Shown: positions 1 to 8,792 of the stretch, piece after piece | How positions within the stretch are numbered: position 1 is the stretch's first letter | Layout of the letters: each line of letters begins with the position of its first letter | NCBI GenBank assembly: GCA_005893275.1 | Contig: VBOW01000013.1 | Span: 69,387 to 133,386 of the forward strand | From: Candidatus Eiseniibacteriota bacterium | GTDB taxonomy: Bacteria; Eisenbacteria; RBG-16-71-46; SZUA-252 | Direction of reading: 5' to 3' | DNA: 64,000 nt | Made by a program: the position numbers and the translations under genes | Notes under the pieces: model-generated | Seen by the model: only the letters and a program-made list of their open reading frames with translations | What the model was told of the DNA's origin: nothing | Databases searched by the model: none

Positions 1-294
1 TATCTCCCCGCATCCCACAACGTCCTTCTGAAAATCGGATTCGAGCTCGGGCTTGTCGGACTGTTGGCCTTTCTCCTATTTTGTATCTCCTGGATCCGAA
101 TTGCGATACACCGATATCAGGCCGCTGCGAGTAGATCGGAGAAGGCGCTCATCGGTCTGGCCGGTTGCCTATTCATCGTATTCATCATACAGGGCGCGTC
201 AGGCAGCGGAATCGACAGTTTCCCCGCGAATGCGATCACGTTCTTCATCATGGGACTTGTAGCAGGAACGAAGGGGCGATGTACCGAAATCTGA
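1..294 (+). CDS. O-antigen ligase/polymerase (Wzy/WaaL-like) family membrane protein, C-terminal fragment (5' end outside window)
   Basis: Frame 1 is open from base 1: YLPASHNVLLKIGFELGLVGLLAFLLFCISWIRIAIHRY... The H-N..L...E.G..G motif followed by hydrophobic helices resembles O-antigen-ligase-family C-termini. It heads a glycan gene string. Confidence 0.45.
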   Translation, partial: YLPASHNVLLKIGFELGLVGLLAFLLFCISWIRIAIHRYQAAASRSEKALIGLAGCLFIVFIIQGASGSGIDSFPANAITFFIMGLVAGTKGRCTEI

Positions 295-1535
295 TACTCA
301 TTCCATTTCATGACTGGCGGAAGTGCACGCGCGAAGGATTTCGCACCCGCGATGCACATTTGATCGAGGCGTTTACACGGGGCCGTGCCTTTGAGAACGT
401 TCTGGTCGTAAGTCGACCCATTACACGCATTGAGCTCGCCAGGCATCGGGAGGCGCGAGATCCCGGATGGAACGTAATCCTTCGGGGACCGAAGTGGCAC
501 GTCTTCCGCGATCCCCGGGGTTGCTACGTCTTCGAGTATTTCGACCCCGGGCTCGTCGGACAGGTCTTGAACGGCAGGTCCTGGTTCTACAAGGCCTATG
601 GCTCGACGGAGATGACATTGGGCCTCTTTGAGGCTCTTGGAAGGCTGGGGATGGACCGAGCGATCGCCGTCACTATGAACGTCCGAAGCGCCAGGCTCGC
701 CATGCAATTGGCCGCGCGGGGAATTCCGGTCGTGTTTGACGCATGGGACAATTGGCTTCGTCTCCCCCTTGCACGGAATGAGCGTGGCCATGTCAGGAGG
801 AGTTATGCCGATTTCGCTAAGATTGCACCGCTCTGGTTCACCAACTCGGAGAACAACCGCATAGAGTTCGAACGGCAGTTTGCCGTTGGTCGGTGCACTG
901 TGGTTCCGAATGGAGTCGATCCCCATCGATTCCGGGGTTCCTTGAGGGAACCGAAAGAGTTCGAGGCGATTCCAAGGCCACGTGCGTTCTTCGGAGGCAA
1001 GATCACACATTTGTTCGACGTCGATCTTTTCAACGACGTGGCGCGTCGGCTCGAGCAGATTCAGTTTGTCGTGGCTGGCCAAATTATTGATAGAGCGGTG
1101 TGGGGGAAGATCAAGCGGGCTCAAAACGTTCATTATCTTGGCGATATTCATTATGAAGAGTATCCAGCGTATGTCATGTCCAGCGATATTTGCATGTTGC
1201 CGTACGTACGAGACGAAAAGTCCCATGGCGGCAACAGCATCAAGCTCTATGAGTATGCAGCTGCGGGGCGGCCCACGGTCTCAACCGCGGGTAACGGAGC
1301 GAACGAGATGCTGGGATTTCTATCAGTCGCGAATTCTGCGGAAGAGTTTGCGGAGGCGATTCTGAGGTGCATCGAGCGTGGAGAACGCGTGCCGGAGCTA
1401 GCGGAGTCGGAGTTTTCGTGGGACGAACGGGCACGAACCATGACCGAACACATGGCGACGTTCCGTGCGGAGGCTGCTGCCTGCGGGGCGCTGAGCCCAC
1501 CGGAAGGAGAGCCTGGGACCGGCTGGCACGTATGA
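279..1535 (+). CDS. Glycosyltransferase (GT1/GT4-like)
   Basis: Start chosen at ATG 279 (MYRNLILIPFHDW..., GAAGGGG upstream) rather than the ORF-track start at 165. C-terminal NSIKLYEYAAAGRPTVST resembles the GT-B E-x7-E region. GC is clearly lower than the window average. Confidence 0.6.
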   Translation: MYRNLILIPFHDWRKCTREGFRTRDAHLIEAFTRGRAFENVLVVSRPITRIELARHREARDPGWNVILRGPKWHVFRDPRGCYVFEYFDPGLVGQVLNGRSWFYKAYGSTEMTLGLFEALGRLGMDRAIAVTMNVRSARLAMQLAARGIPVVFDAWDNWLRLPLARNERGHVRRSYADFAKIAPLWFTNSENNRIEFERQFAVGRCTVVPNGVDPHRFRGSLREPKEFEAIPRPRAFFGGKITHLFDVDLFNDVARRLEQIQFVVAGQIIDRAVWGKIKRAQNVHYLGDIHYEEYPAYVMSSDICMLPYVRDEKSHGGNSIKLYEYAAAGRPTVSTAGNGANEMLGFLSVANSAEEFAEAILRCIERGERVPELAESEFSWDERARTMTEHMATFRAEAAACGALSPPEGEPGTGWHV

Positions 1536-2749
1536 AGATTGCGCTTATCGGCACGAAGGGGATGAACTGGGGGCCTCACGTTTTCGGAGGGTTTGAGACC
1601 GCGGTGACGGAGCTCGCCCCACGCCTTGCGGCGGCAGGCTGTGATGTAACGGTCTATTGCAGGCGTCACCTGTACGGGCGAGGAGTTCTCACCGAGAAGG
1701 TGAACGGTGTCCGGCTCCGTTATGTCGGGGGGATCGAGTCGAAGAACTTCGGGACCATGACGAACGGCGTGCTGAGCGTGGCCGACGCGTTGCGATCCGC
1801 AACGGACGCGATCGTTCTCTTCAACACCGGCCTGGGCTGTCTGGTCCCGTGGATTCGGGCCGCGGGGTGCCGGGCTCTCATGCACCTGGACGGCCTCGAA
1901 TGGCAGCGAGGCAAGTGGGGGTGGGCCGCGCGTAGAATGTTCGAGCTTGGTGCCCACGTCAGCGCGGGCTCTGCGGATGAGCTGATTGCTGACTCACGGG
2001 AGATCCAACGCGTCTACGGGAATCGGTACGGGCGGACCGGTGTGTTCATACCGTACGGGGCACGCCTCGTCCAGGACATCAGCGACTCGCTGCTACAGCC
2101 ATATGGGATCGAGGCTGGGTCGTACTATCTGCTGGTCACCAGATTCGTTCCTGAGAATAATCCCCTGTTCGTCATCGAGGAGTTCCTTCGTGCGGGTACG
2201 AGAAGATCGCTGGTCATCCTCGGCGGCAACTTTTACAGATCCGCGTATGAAGGGCAAATCCGAGGAGTAAAGGATCCCCGCGTCTGCTTCGCTGGGTTCA
2301 TTGCAGACCCTGAGCTTCTCTACGCCTTCTATCGCTATTCCTACGTCTACATCCATGGCCACTCGGTGGGCGGTACGAATCCCACCATGCTGGAGGCCCT
2401 GGCGAACTCCTGTTGCATCTTGGCCCTGGACACGCCGTTCAGTCGAGAGATGCTCGGTGGGGATCGGTACGGACTCTTCTGGCAGAAGAAGGATGGGGAC
2501 TTGGCCGAGAGGATATCCCGAATCGATGCGGAGCCTGCGCTGGCGGACCGCTATCGGCTCGCCGCTGTGCAACGGATTCATGGTGAATACAACTGGGACC
2601 GCGTGGCGTCTCAGTACCTCGACCTTGTCGCTGCCCTCGTGCGCGGGAAGTCTTTGCCTAAGGGGCATCCCGTGACGAATGGAAGGATCGGGGCGGGCTG
2701 CCAAGAGGAGCCGGAGATCAGCGCGGGAGCCGAGGCGATCGGCGAATGA
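1532..2749 (+). CDS. Glycosyltransferase family 1/4 with DUF1972-like N-terminus
   Basis: ATG 1532 overlaps the upstream stop (ATGA). MKIALIGTKGMNWGPHVFGGFETAVTELAPRL is a typical DUF1972-GT N-terminus. C-terminal HGHSVGGTNPTMLEALA matches the GT-B donor-binding region. Confidence 0.7.
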   Translation: MKIALIGTKGMNWGPHVFGGFETAVTELAPRLAAAGCDVTVYCRRHLYGRGVLTEKVNGVRLRYVGGIESKNFGTMTNGVLSVADALRSATDAIVLFNTGLGCLVPWIRAAGCRALMHLDGLEWQRGKWGWAARRMFELGAHVSAGSADELIADSREIQRVYGNRYGRTGVFIPYGARLVQDISDSLLQPYGIEAGSYYLLVTRFVPENNPLFVIEEFLRAGTRRSLVILGGNFYRSAYEGQIRGVKDPRVCFAGFIADPELLYAFYRYSYVYIHGHSVGGTNPTMLEALANSCCILALDTPFSREMLGGDRYGLFWQKKDGDLAERISRIDAEPALADRYRLAAVQRIHGEYNWDRVASQYLDLVAALVRGKSLPKGHPVTNGRIGAGCQEEPEISAGAEAIGE

Positions 2750-3417
2750 ACGTGTCTGGTAGAACTTCGAGCGTCTCAGCCTACGACGCGCCGTACTACC
2801 TCAAGCGTGAGGCAAGCCCAACGCTGCTCGCCGAGATCGCAGCGGTCGCGGATTTGCTGGACCCGGAGCCGGGTGACCAAATACTCGAAGTGGGATGCGG
2901 GGGTGGCGCCCTTCTCTCCCGCCTCATTGCTCACGGATCCTGCCATGTAGTGGGTGTGGACTGGCTCCGCACCTCCGTCAATTTGGCACGCCGACGGAAC
3001 TCTCGAGCAAGGTTGCTTCAGGGCGACGCATGCGCTCTTCCGTTTCCTGACGGACGGTTTGATAAGGTAGTCGCGCAACATCTGATCGAGCACTTCGACG
3101 ATACGAAACGCGTGCTCACGGAGTGGCACCGCGTCCTCAAGCCCAAAGGGGTGCTGGTGATCGTTACGCCAAATATCGACTACCCGCATCCAGAATGGTT
3201 CGAGGATCCGACGCATCGCCACATTTTCTCCGAAGCCGATCTGCGTGACCACTTGAACGGGGCTGGCTTCTCGGTGGACGAGACCAGGATTATCAACCCA
3301 TATGTCGGCAGCCTCTCCTTTCAATTCGCTGCGGCTCGTTACCTCCAGTTCCTCCGGCGGCTTCCTTGGTTCGGTCACCGGGGAATGAGTCTCGTAGCCT
3401 CGGCTTCACGCATATGA
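2746..3417 (+). CDS. Class I SAM-dependent methyltransferase
   Basis: Motif I ILEVGCGGGALL, acidic loop VGVD, post-I LLQGDACALPFPDGRFDKVV (Methyltransf_11-like). ATGA overlap with the upstream gene. Confidence 0.75.
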   Translation: MNVSGRTSSVSAYDAPYYLKREASPTLLAEIAAVADLLDPEPGDQILEVGCGGGALLSRLIAHGSCHVVGVDWLRTSVNLARRRNSRARLLQGDACALPFPDGRFDKVVAQHLIEHFDDTKRVLTEWHRVLKPKGVLVIVTPNIDYPHPEWFEDPTHRHIFSEADLRDHLNGAGFSVDETRIINPYVGSLSFQFAAARYLQFLRRLPWFGHRGMSLVASASRI

Positions 3418-4196
3418 GAAGCCCGCGTACGGGACGCCTCTCGAATGATTCCGCGAATTGGGATGCCCGGTGGCAGCGGGACAGACTCACCCGGGGCCTC
3501 CAGCGGAGATCCCTGTGGGATGTCCTGGATGAAGTCAAGTTCGGCTACCTGCGGCCGATCATTCCGCGATCAGGAGGTTCGGCGTTGGAAGTGGGCTGCG
3601 GCTCAGCGCGGTTGCTCGGAATGCTCGCTCGATTAGGGTGGAAGACCACCGGTATTGATTTTGCCCGGTCAGCCCTCGATCTGGCGCAAGACCGGTTCCG
3701 AGCCGAGGCGCTCGATTCGGCCTGGGTTCGCTCTGATTGCCGCAGGCTTCCGTTTGCCGATGGATCCTACGATCTCGTGACCAGCACAGGCTTGCTGGAG
3801 CACTTCGGGGACCCTACGCCTGTGGTGTCCGAGATGCTTCGTGTTCTTCGCTCCGGCGGCGTTTTCTATTCGGACATCGTTCCGCGAAAATTCTCCCTGC
3901 TTCGCGCCCTCGACAGGGGCGGAAATGGGCCAGGAAACAACGAGATTTATGAGCGCCGATTCAGCCGAAGGAGCATTGAAACGTTCGTATCCAGTTTCAC
4001 GGTGCTTCGGGAGGTTCGAGTTTTCCCAGCCGGTGTATTTCCGCCGCGGCAACTCTTTTCGAAGCGGATCGCGTTTTTGCACCAAAACGAATATGGAATC
4101 AACAGAGCATTCGCGAAGGTAGGTGCCCGGCTGGATGGGTCCTGGGTGGCCGACTGGTTGGGCTTCTATTACTTCGTCTCTGCGCGGAAGGTGTGA
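3414..4196 (+). CDS. Class I SAM-dependent methyltransferase (second copy, divergent)
   Basis: ATG 3414 overlaps stop 3415-3417 (ATGA). Motif I ALEVGCGSARLLGMLARLGWKTTGIDF, then CRRLPFADGSYDLV. Confidence 0.7.
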   Translation: MRSPRTGRLSNDSANWDARWQRDRLTRGLQRRSLWDVLDEVKFGYLRPIIPRSGGSALEVGCGSARLLGMLARLGWKTTGIDFARSALDLAQDRFRAEALDSAWVRSDCRRLPFADGSYDLVTSTGLLEHFGDPTPVVSEMLRVLRSGGVFYSDIVPRKFSLLRALDRGGNGPGNNEIYERRFSRRSIETFVSSFTVLREVRVFPAGVFPPRQLFSKRIAFLHQNEYGINRAFAKVGARLDGSWVADWLGFYYFVSARKV

Positions 4197-4960
4197 GTCC
4201 TCGAAGCGTAGATCACAGGTCTAACAGGGAGGTTGGACAAGTGACTGGCCCCGACGCCGACCACAAGAGGCTCGCTGCAAGCAGGGTGGGGATTGCTTCC
4301 GGGCGAACCGGCTCCCGTTTCCTAGCGACGCCGGTTTACGTCGTCCGGCACGGTCAAACCGTCTCCAATCTTCATCGCCGGTACGCTGGAATGGGCGCGG
4401 AGCCCCTCACTCTGGGAGGGCGCCGCGAATCCACCCGCCTCGCCCAACAGCTTCGGGGCGTCGGGCTCGGGGCGATCTGGACGAGTAGGGTCGCCCGAGC
4501 CCGAGAGACAGCCGCGATCCTTTCGGACGCTCTGGAAATCCCATTGCGAGACGAGGGCCGCCTCGATGAGATGCTCCTCGGTCCCTGGGAGGGTATGACC
4601 GAGGACGAGATAGCGCTGCGGCACCCGCGCGAATTCCAACTCTGGAACACGCGTCCGGATCTTCTCCAACTCGCTGGACGCGAGACGCTCGCGGAGCTGG
4701 CTGCCCGCGTCGCACCACTCCTAGCCGATGCAGGTTCGCAGACAGAACCGGTTCTCCTCGTAACCCACGTCGGTGTGATCCGTGTCCTCGCGCTTGCCGT
4801 TCTCGGTATCGAGCTCGCCGCGTACAAACTCGTGGCTGTTGCAAATCTTTCCTGCATGAAGATCGACGGGGCGGCGGGCGAGGTCGTTCGAATTCCCGGT
4901 CACCAGCCGGTGCGCGGGGAACTGGGCCTAGCCTCGGATTCCGTGGGTGCCGAACTGTGA
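4193..4960 (+). CDS. Histidine phosphatase superfamily protein (phosphoglycerate-mutase-like)
   Basis: RHG motif VYVVRHGQTVSN, second catalytic His in LLVTHVGVIR. GTG 4193 overlaps the upstream TGA (GTGA); the true start could be a little downstream. Confidence 0.7.
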   Translation: MSPRSVDHRSNREVGQVTGPDADHKRLAASRVGIASGRTGSRFLATPVYVVRHGQTVSNLHRRYAGMGAEPLTLGGRRESTRLAQQLRGVGLGAIWTSRVARARETAAILSDALEIPLRDEGRLDEMLLGPWEGMTEDEIALRHPREFQLWNTRPDLLQLAGRETLAELAARVAPLLADAGSQTEPVLLVTHVGVIRVLALAVLGIELAAYKLVAVANLSCMKIDGAAGEVVRIPGHQPVRGELGLASDSVGAEL

Positions 4961-4988
4961 ACGCGCTTGGCCCTGCCGAGGCGCGCCC

Positions 4989-6059
4989 ATGCTGATTGCG
5001 CGCGCCCCGCTCCGAGTCTCGTTCGCCGGTGGCGGCACGGATCTGGAGGCGTATTACTCCCGCTTCGGGGGCGCGGTCGTAAGCGCCACAATTAATAAGT
5101 ACTTCTACGTATTTCTGAGCCGAACGATCGATGACATGGTACAAATCACTTCTTCCGAGTTTCGTACCTTCGAACGTGTGGACGCGGAGGAAGGGGACTC
5201 CGGCGAAGGAGACCTAGCGTATCTCAAATCCATCCTGAGTGAGTTCGGGATCGCGCGGGGACTTTGCGTCTTCACCGCCAGCGAGGTTCCCCCTGGAACG
5301 GGACTCGGCAGTTCCAGTACTGTGGCGGTCGCGCTCGTCAAAGCCTTGGCCACCCTTTGCCAAAGGCGTGCGAGCAAGCAGGAAATTGCCGAACTGGCTT
5401 CCTACATCGAAATCGTCAAGGAGGGGCGGCCGATCGGGCTCCAGGATCAATTCGCGGCCTCATTCGGAGGTCTCAACTGGATCGAGTTCCGGCCGGAGGG
5501 GACCTCGGTGTCCCCCATCCAGCTGTCGCTCGAGCTCCGCGATCAGTTGGAGCGCAGCCTGATGCTCTTCTACACGGGCGCGTCTCGAAACGCCGCAACC
5601 ATCCTGGATTCGCAGAAGCGTTCCTCCTCCGACCGCAGCTCATCCGTGACCAAAAGCCTTCACGGAATCAAGGGGGACGCGTTCGCGATGCGCGAGGCGC
5701 TCGAAACCGGCAGGATGCGTGAAATCGGCGAGATCCTCCACCGATCCTGGCAGCGTAAGAGGCTGCTGGCGACCGGTGTCAGCAACGACCGCCTCGATCG
5801 GCTCTATCAGACCGCGCTCGACGCGGGCGCGAGTGGGGGCAAGATCACAGGAGCGGGTGGAGGCGGCTTCCTGCTCCTCTACTGCGAACCCGAAAATCAG
5901 GGGCGCGTCACGAGTGCTCTCCGGGGTTTCGGGGTCGCGCGAATGGCGTTCCATCTCGATGACGGCGGCGCTCAGGTGCTGGTGAATTCGGTGCCGCACG
6001 TTCCGGGCCTCTCCTACCCTGAGGGAAAATGGATCGGGACTGGCGCCGCCTCCGTTTAG
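4989..6059 (+). CDS. GHMP-family sugar kinase, D-glycero-D-manno-heptose 7-phosphate kinase (HddA)-like
   Basis: MLIARAPLRVSFAGGGTDLEAYYSRFGGAVVSATINKYFYV is the typical HddA/GHMP N-terminus. GHMP motif II PPGTGLGSSSTVAVAL. C-terminal GGKITGAGGGGFLL. Confidence 0.7.
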   Translation: MLIARAPLRVSFAGGGTDLEAYYSRFGGAVVSATINKYFYVFLSRTIDDMVQITSSEFRTFERVDAEEGDSGEGDLAYLKSILSEFGIARGLCVFTASEVPPGTGLGSSSTVAVALVKALATLCQRRASKQEIAELASYIEIVKEGRPIGLQDQFAASFGGLNWIEFRPEGTSVSPIQLSLELRDQLERSLMLFYTGASRNAATILDSQKRSSSDRSSSVTKSLHGIKGDAFAMREALETGRMREIGEILHRSWQRKRLLATGVSNDRLDRLYQTALDAGASGGKITGAGGGGFLLLYCEPENQGRVTSALRGFGVARMAFHLDDGGAQVLVNSVPHVPGLSYPEGKWIGTGAASV

Positions 6060-7480
6060 GAATTATCGCGACCGATGCCGTCGCGATCGTGACCGCATAC
6101 ACCGCAGCGGCCGCGGTGAGATTCGGCGTGCCGGGGGTACTGCGAAACCCGGTGATCTGGGAGTCGTGCATTCTTCTCGGCATCGGGGGCCTCATCGTGA
6201 CGCTCGCGCTCGCGTGGCAGCAGGGCACGTATCGCAGGAGTGCGCTGACGGACGGCCACCGCGTGTATCCGCTGCTCGTGACCGCCTCGACTTACGCAAC
6301 CGTCGCGATGACCGTGCTCAGCCATTTCGCAGGTAGCCAGCTGCCCGCTTCGCGGGGGTGGCTCGTCGGATCTTGGAGCGGAAGCATTCTCGCGCTGTTC
6401 CTTTCACGGTTGATCTGGCGAGGGGTCGCGCTTCAGTGGCGCAAGGGCGGAGCCCTCATCAGGCGGGTTCTCATTGCTGGGGCAAACCAGCAGGGAATCG
6501 CGGTCGCACAACAGCTTCACGCTCCACTACGCCACGGAACAGTGGTCGTCGGATTCCTGGATGACTACCAGCGTCCCGGGACGGAAGTGCTACCGGGACT
6601 CGCGGTCGTCGGTCACCCCGGTTCGGCGCGGATCAAGGCCCGCGAGCTCAGAGCGGACGAGGTCGTGATCATCATGGGCGGCCTCGCCTGGGAAAGCCAA
6701 CGCCAGCTCGCGGAACTGGTCACCCGTCCCGACTCACCGCTCGAGGGGAAGATTTCCGCGACCTTCTACGACCTCCTTACCACTTCGGCAGAGCTGAGCC
6801 ATGTGGCGTACGTCCCTATGCTCAGCCTGAACCGCAACCGACTCTCGGGATTCAATGCGGCAACGAAGCGATCCCTCGATCAATCGATTTCGGGAGTGAT
6901 GCTCCTCCTCCTTGCCCCTCTCTTCGGGTATTGGAGGGTGAAGGCGTGGATTTGCCGCTCTCCAATGTTCGAATTTCAACCCGTCCTTGGTACGTGCGGG
7001 CGGCCGTTCCGTCTCGCCGGGCTGAATGTACGGCTCACGTGCTCGCCGGTCCTGGCGAGGCTCCCGGCTCTCTGGAACGTGTTCTGCCAGGATTTGAGTC
7101 TCGTCGGGCCTCGGCCCATCCGGATGGAAGAGCTGCCGGCGCACGAGCGATGGCGCGCGAATCTCTTCGCCGTGCGCTCAGGGCTCACGGGTCTCTGGCG
7201 GCTTCGGGACGCGGAGGATGCGGTTGAAGAGAGGGTCGCGCTGGATCTCTACTACGTCCGGAACTGCACGCTCATGCTCGATCTGCAAATCCTGGCTCAG
7301 ACAGGAAGAGAGTTGATTTGGCGCTGCATGGGAAGAAGAAGCCTGCTCGCGCGCTGGAACGCGAATGACGGGCCGAAGGCTGCCGTGCTCGAGGATGGAT
7401 CCCAAGCTCCAGAGGCTGCGAGCTGGGAAGATGTCTTCGAGGGCGACCCAGCCGAGGCAACGGGGGAGGGACTGCGCTGA
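6029..7480 (+). CDS. Large polyprenyl-phosphate glycosyl-1-phosphate transferase homolog (WbaP/WcaJ architecture) with degenerate catalytic domain
   Basis: N-terminal TM helices, Rossmann-like RVLIAGANQQGIAVAQQL, C-terminal sugar-transferase domain KRSLDQSISGVMLLLLAPL...DLSLVGPRP. The KFRTM block and the D-E of SLDELPQ are missing (see findings). Confidence 0.65.
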   Translation: MDRDWRRLRLGIIATDAVAIVTAYTAAAAVRFGVPGVLRNPVIWESCILLGIGGLIVTLALAWQQGTYRRSALTDGHRVYPLLVTASTYATVAMTVLSHFAGSQLPASRGWLVGSWSGSILALFLSRLIWRGVALQWRKGGALIRRVLIAGANQQGIAVAQQLHAPLRHGTVVVGFLDDYQRPGTEVLPGLAVVGHPGSARIKARELRADEVVIIMGGLAWESQRQLAELVTRPDSPLEGKISATFYDLLTTSAELSHVAYVPMLSLNRNRLSGFNAATKRSLDQSISGVMLLLLAPLFGYWRVKAWICRSPMFEFQPVLGTCGRPFRLAGLNVRLTCSPVLARLPALWNVFCQDLSLVGPRPIRMEELPAHERWRANLFAVRSGLTGLWRLRDAEDAVEERVALDLYYVRNCTLMLDLQILAQTGRELIWRCMGRRSLLARWNANDGPKAAVLEDGSQAPEAASWEDVFEGDPAEATGEGLR

Positions 7481-8082
7481 TGATGTACGACGAGGTGAAG
7501 GAGTGGCTGGCCGGTGCACGCAGAGCGATCGAGGCGGTGGATGTGGCAGCCGTGGCTCGGGCCGGTGAGGCTCTGGCCGACGTGCGGTTCCGCGGCGGGA
7601 CGATATTCGCAGCCGGGAACGGAGGGAGCGCAAGCACCGCGAATCATTTCGCGTGCGACCTCCAGAAAGCGACGAGGGTCGAGGGTCGGGGCACCCGCGC
7701 GATCTCTCTCAGCGACAACGCGGCCCTGCTCACCGCCTGGGGGAACGATCTCTCGTTTGACAGCGTGTTCGCCGAACAGCTGCGCCTGATGGCGGCGCGA
7801 GGCGACGCGCTCGTCCTGTTCTCCGTCAGTGGATCGTCGCCGAATCTCATCGAGGCGCTGTCGGTGGCGAGAGAAATGAATCTCATCACCGTGGCCCTCC
7901 TGGGACGGGACGGCGGACGCGCCGCGCTCATCGTGGATCACGCCGTGATCGTTGAGAGCGATGACTATGGCTGGGTCGAATCGGCCCACTTGGTTCTGGA
8001 GCATGTCCTCACCTGCTATGTCCGGCGCGCGATGAGAGAGCGTCTCGTGACAAACGGAGCGGTGGAGGAAGTCGTCCGTTGA
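7480..8082 (+). CDS. gmhA: D-sedoheptulose 7-phosphate isomerase (SIS domain)
   Basis: IFAAGNGGSASTANHFACDLQK, LVLFSVSGSSPNLIEAL, and about 200 aa length are typical of GmhA. The start overlaps the upstream stop by 1 nt (TGATG). Confidence 0.8.
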   Translation: MMYDEVKEWLAGARRAIEAVDVAAVARAGEALADVRFRGGTIFAAGNGGSASTANHFACDLQKATRVEGRGTRAISLSDNAALLTAWGNDLSFDSVFAEQLRLMAARGDALVLFSVSGSSPNLIEALSVAREMNLITVALLGRDGGRAALIVDHAVIVESDDYGWVESAHLVLEHVLTCYVRRAMRERLVTNGAVEEVVR

Positions 8083-8792
8083 CGGCGTCGTCTCCGGCGC
8101 GCAGTGCGCCGGTCGCCGCGTCTCCGTCGCGCGAGCGCTCGGACGACCCCTTCGCGCTGCCACCACGCTACATGGCCGCCGGCATCCGCGCCCAACTCCT
8201 CCTGAAGCGGTGCCTCGACGTTACAGGAGCGACACTGGGGCTTGCTCTTCTGAGCCCGGTGTTCGCTACGATCGCCGTTGTGGTCCGACTCAGTTCGGGG
8301 AATCCGATCCTCTACCGGTGGAAGGTCGTGGGAGTCCGGGGCCGCCCCTTCACCGGGTACAAGTTCCGCACCATGATTCCCGAAGCCGATGCGCACCGGG
8401 CAGGTTTGGAGTCGAGGAACGAGATGACATCGCCGGTGTTCAAGATCCGTCATGATCCGCGCGTGACCAGTGTCGGACGGTGGCTGCGCCGTTTCAGCCT
8501 CGACGAGCTGCCCCAGCTCTGGAGCGTTCTCAAGGGAGATATGAGCCTCGTGGGTCCGCGCCCCCCGTTGCAGGAAGAGTGGAGCCGATTCGAAGCGTGG
8601 CAACGTCGCAAGCTGTCCGTCAAACCCGGGATCACCTGCCTGTGGCAGATTTCCGGCCGATCGGACATCCGGGATTTCACCGAATGGGTCCGTCTCGACA
8701 TCGACTACATCGAACGCTGGACGCTCTGGCTCGATCTGAAGATCCTGCTCGCGACGATCGGGGCGATCGTCCGCTCGAGAGGAGCCTATTAG
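8079..8792 (+). CDS. Small monotopic phosphoglycosyl transferase (bacterial sugar transferase, PglC/WbaP-C-like), intact motifs
   Basis: [79 protein letters not shown] 8079 overlaps the gmhA stop; ATG 8172 is an alternative start. Confidence 0.85.
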   Translation: MTASSPARSAPVAASPSRERSDDPFALPPRYMAAGIRAQLLLKRCLDVTGATLGLALLSPVFATIAVVVRLSSGNPILYRWKVVGVRGRPFTGYKFRTMIPEADAHRAGLESRNEMTSPVFKIRHDPRVTSVGRWLRRFSLDELPQLWSVLKGDMSLVGPRPPLQEEWSRFEAWQRRKLSVKPGITCLWQISGRSDIRDFTEWVRLDIDYIERWTLWLDLKILLATIGAIVRSRGAY

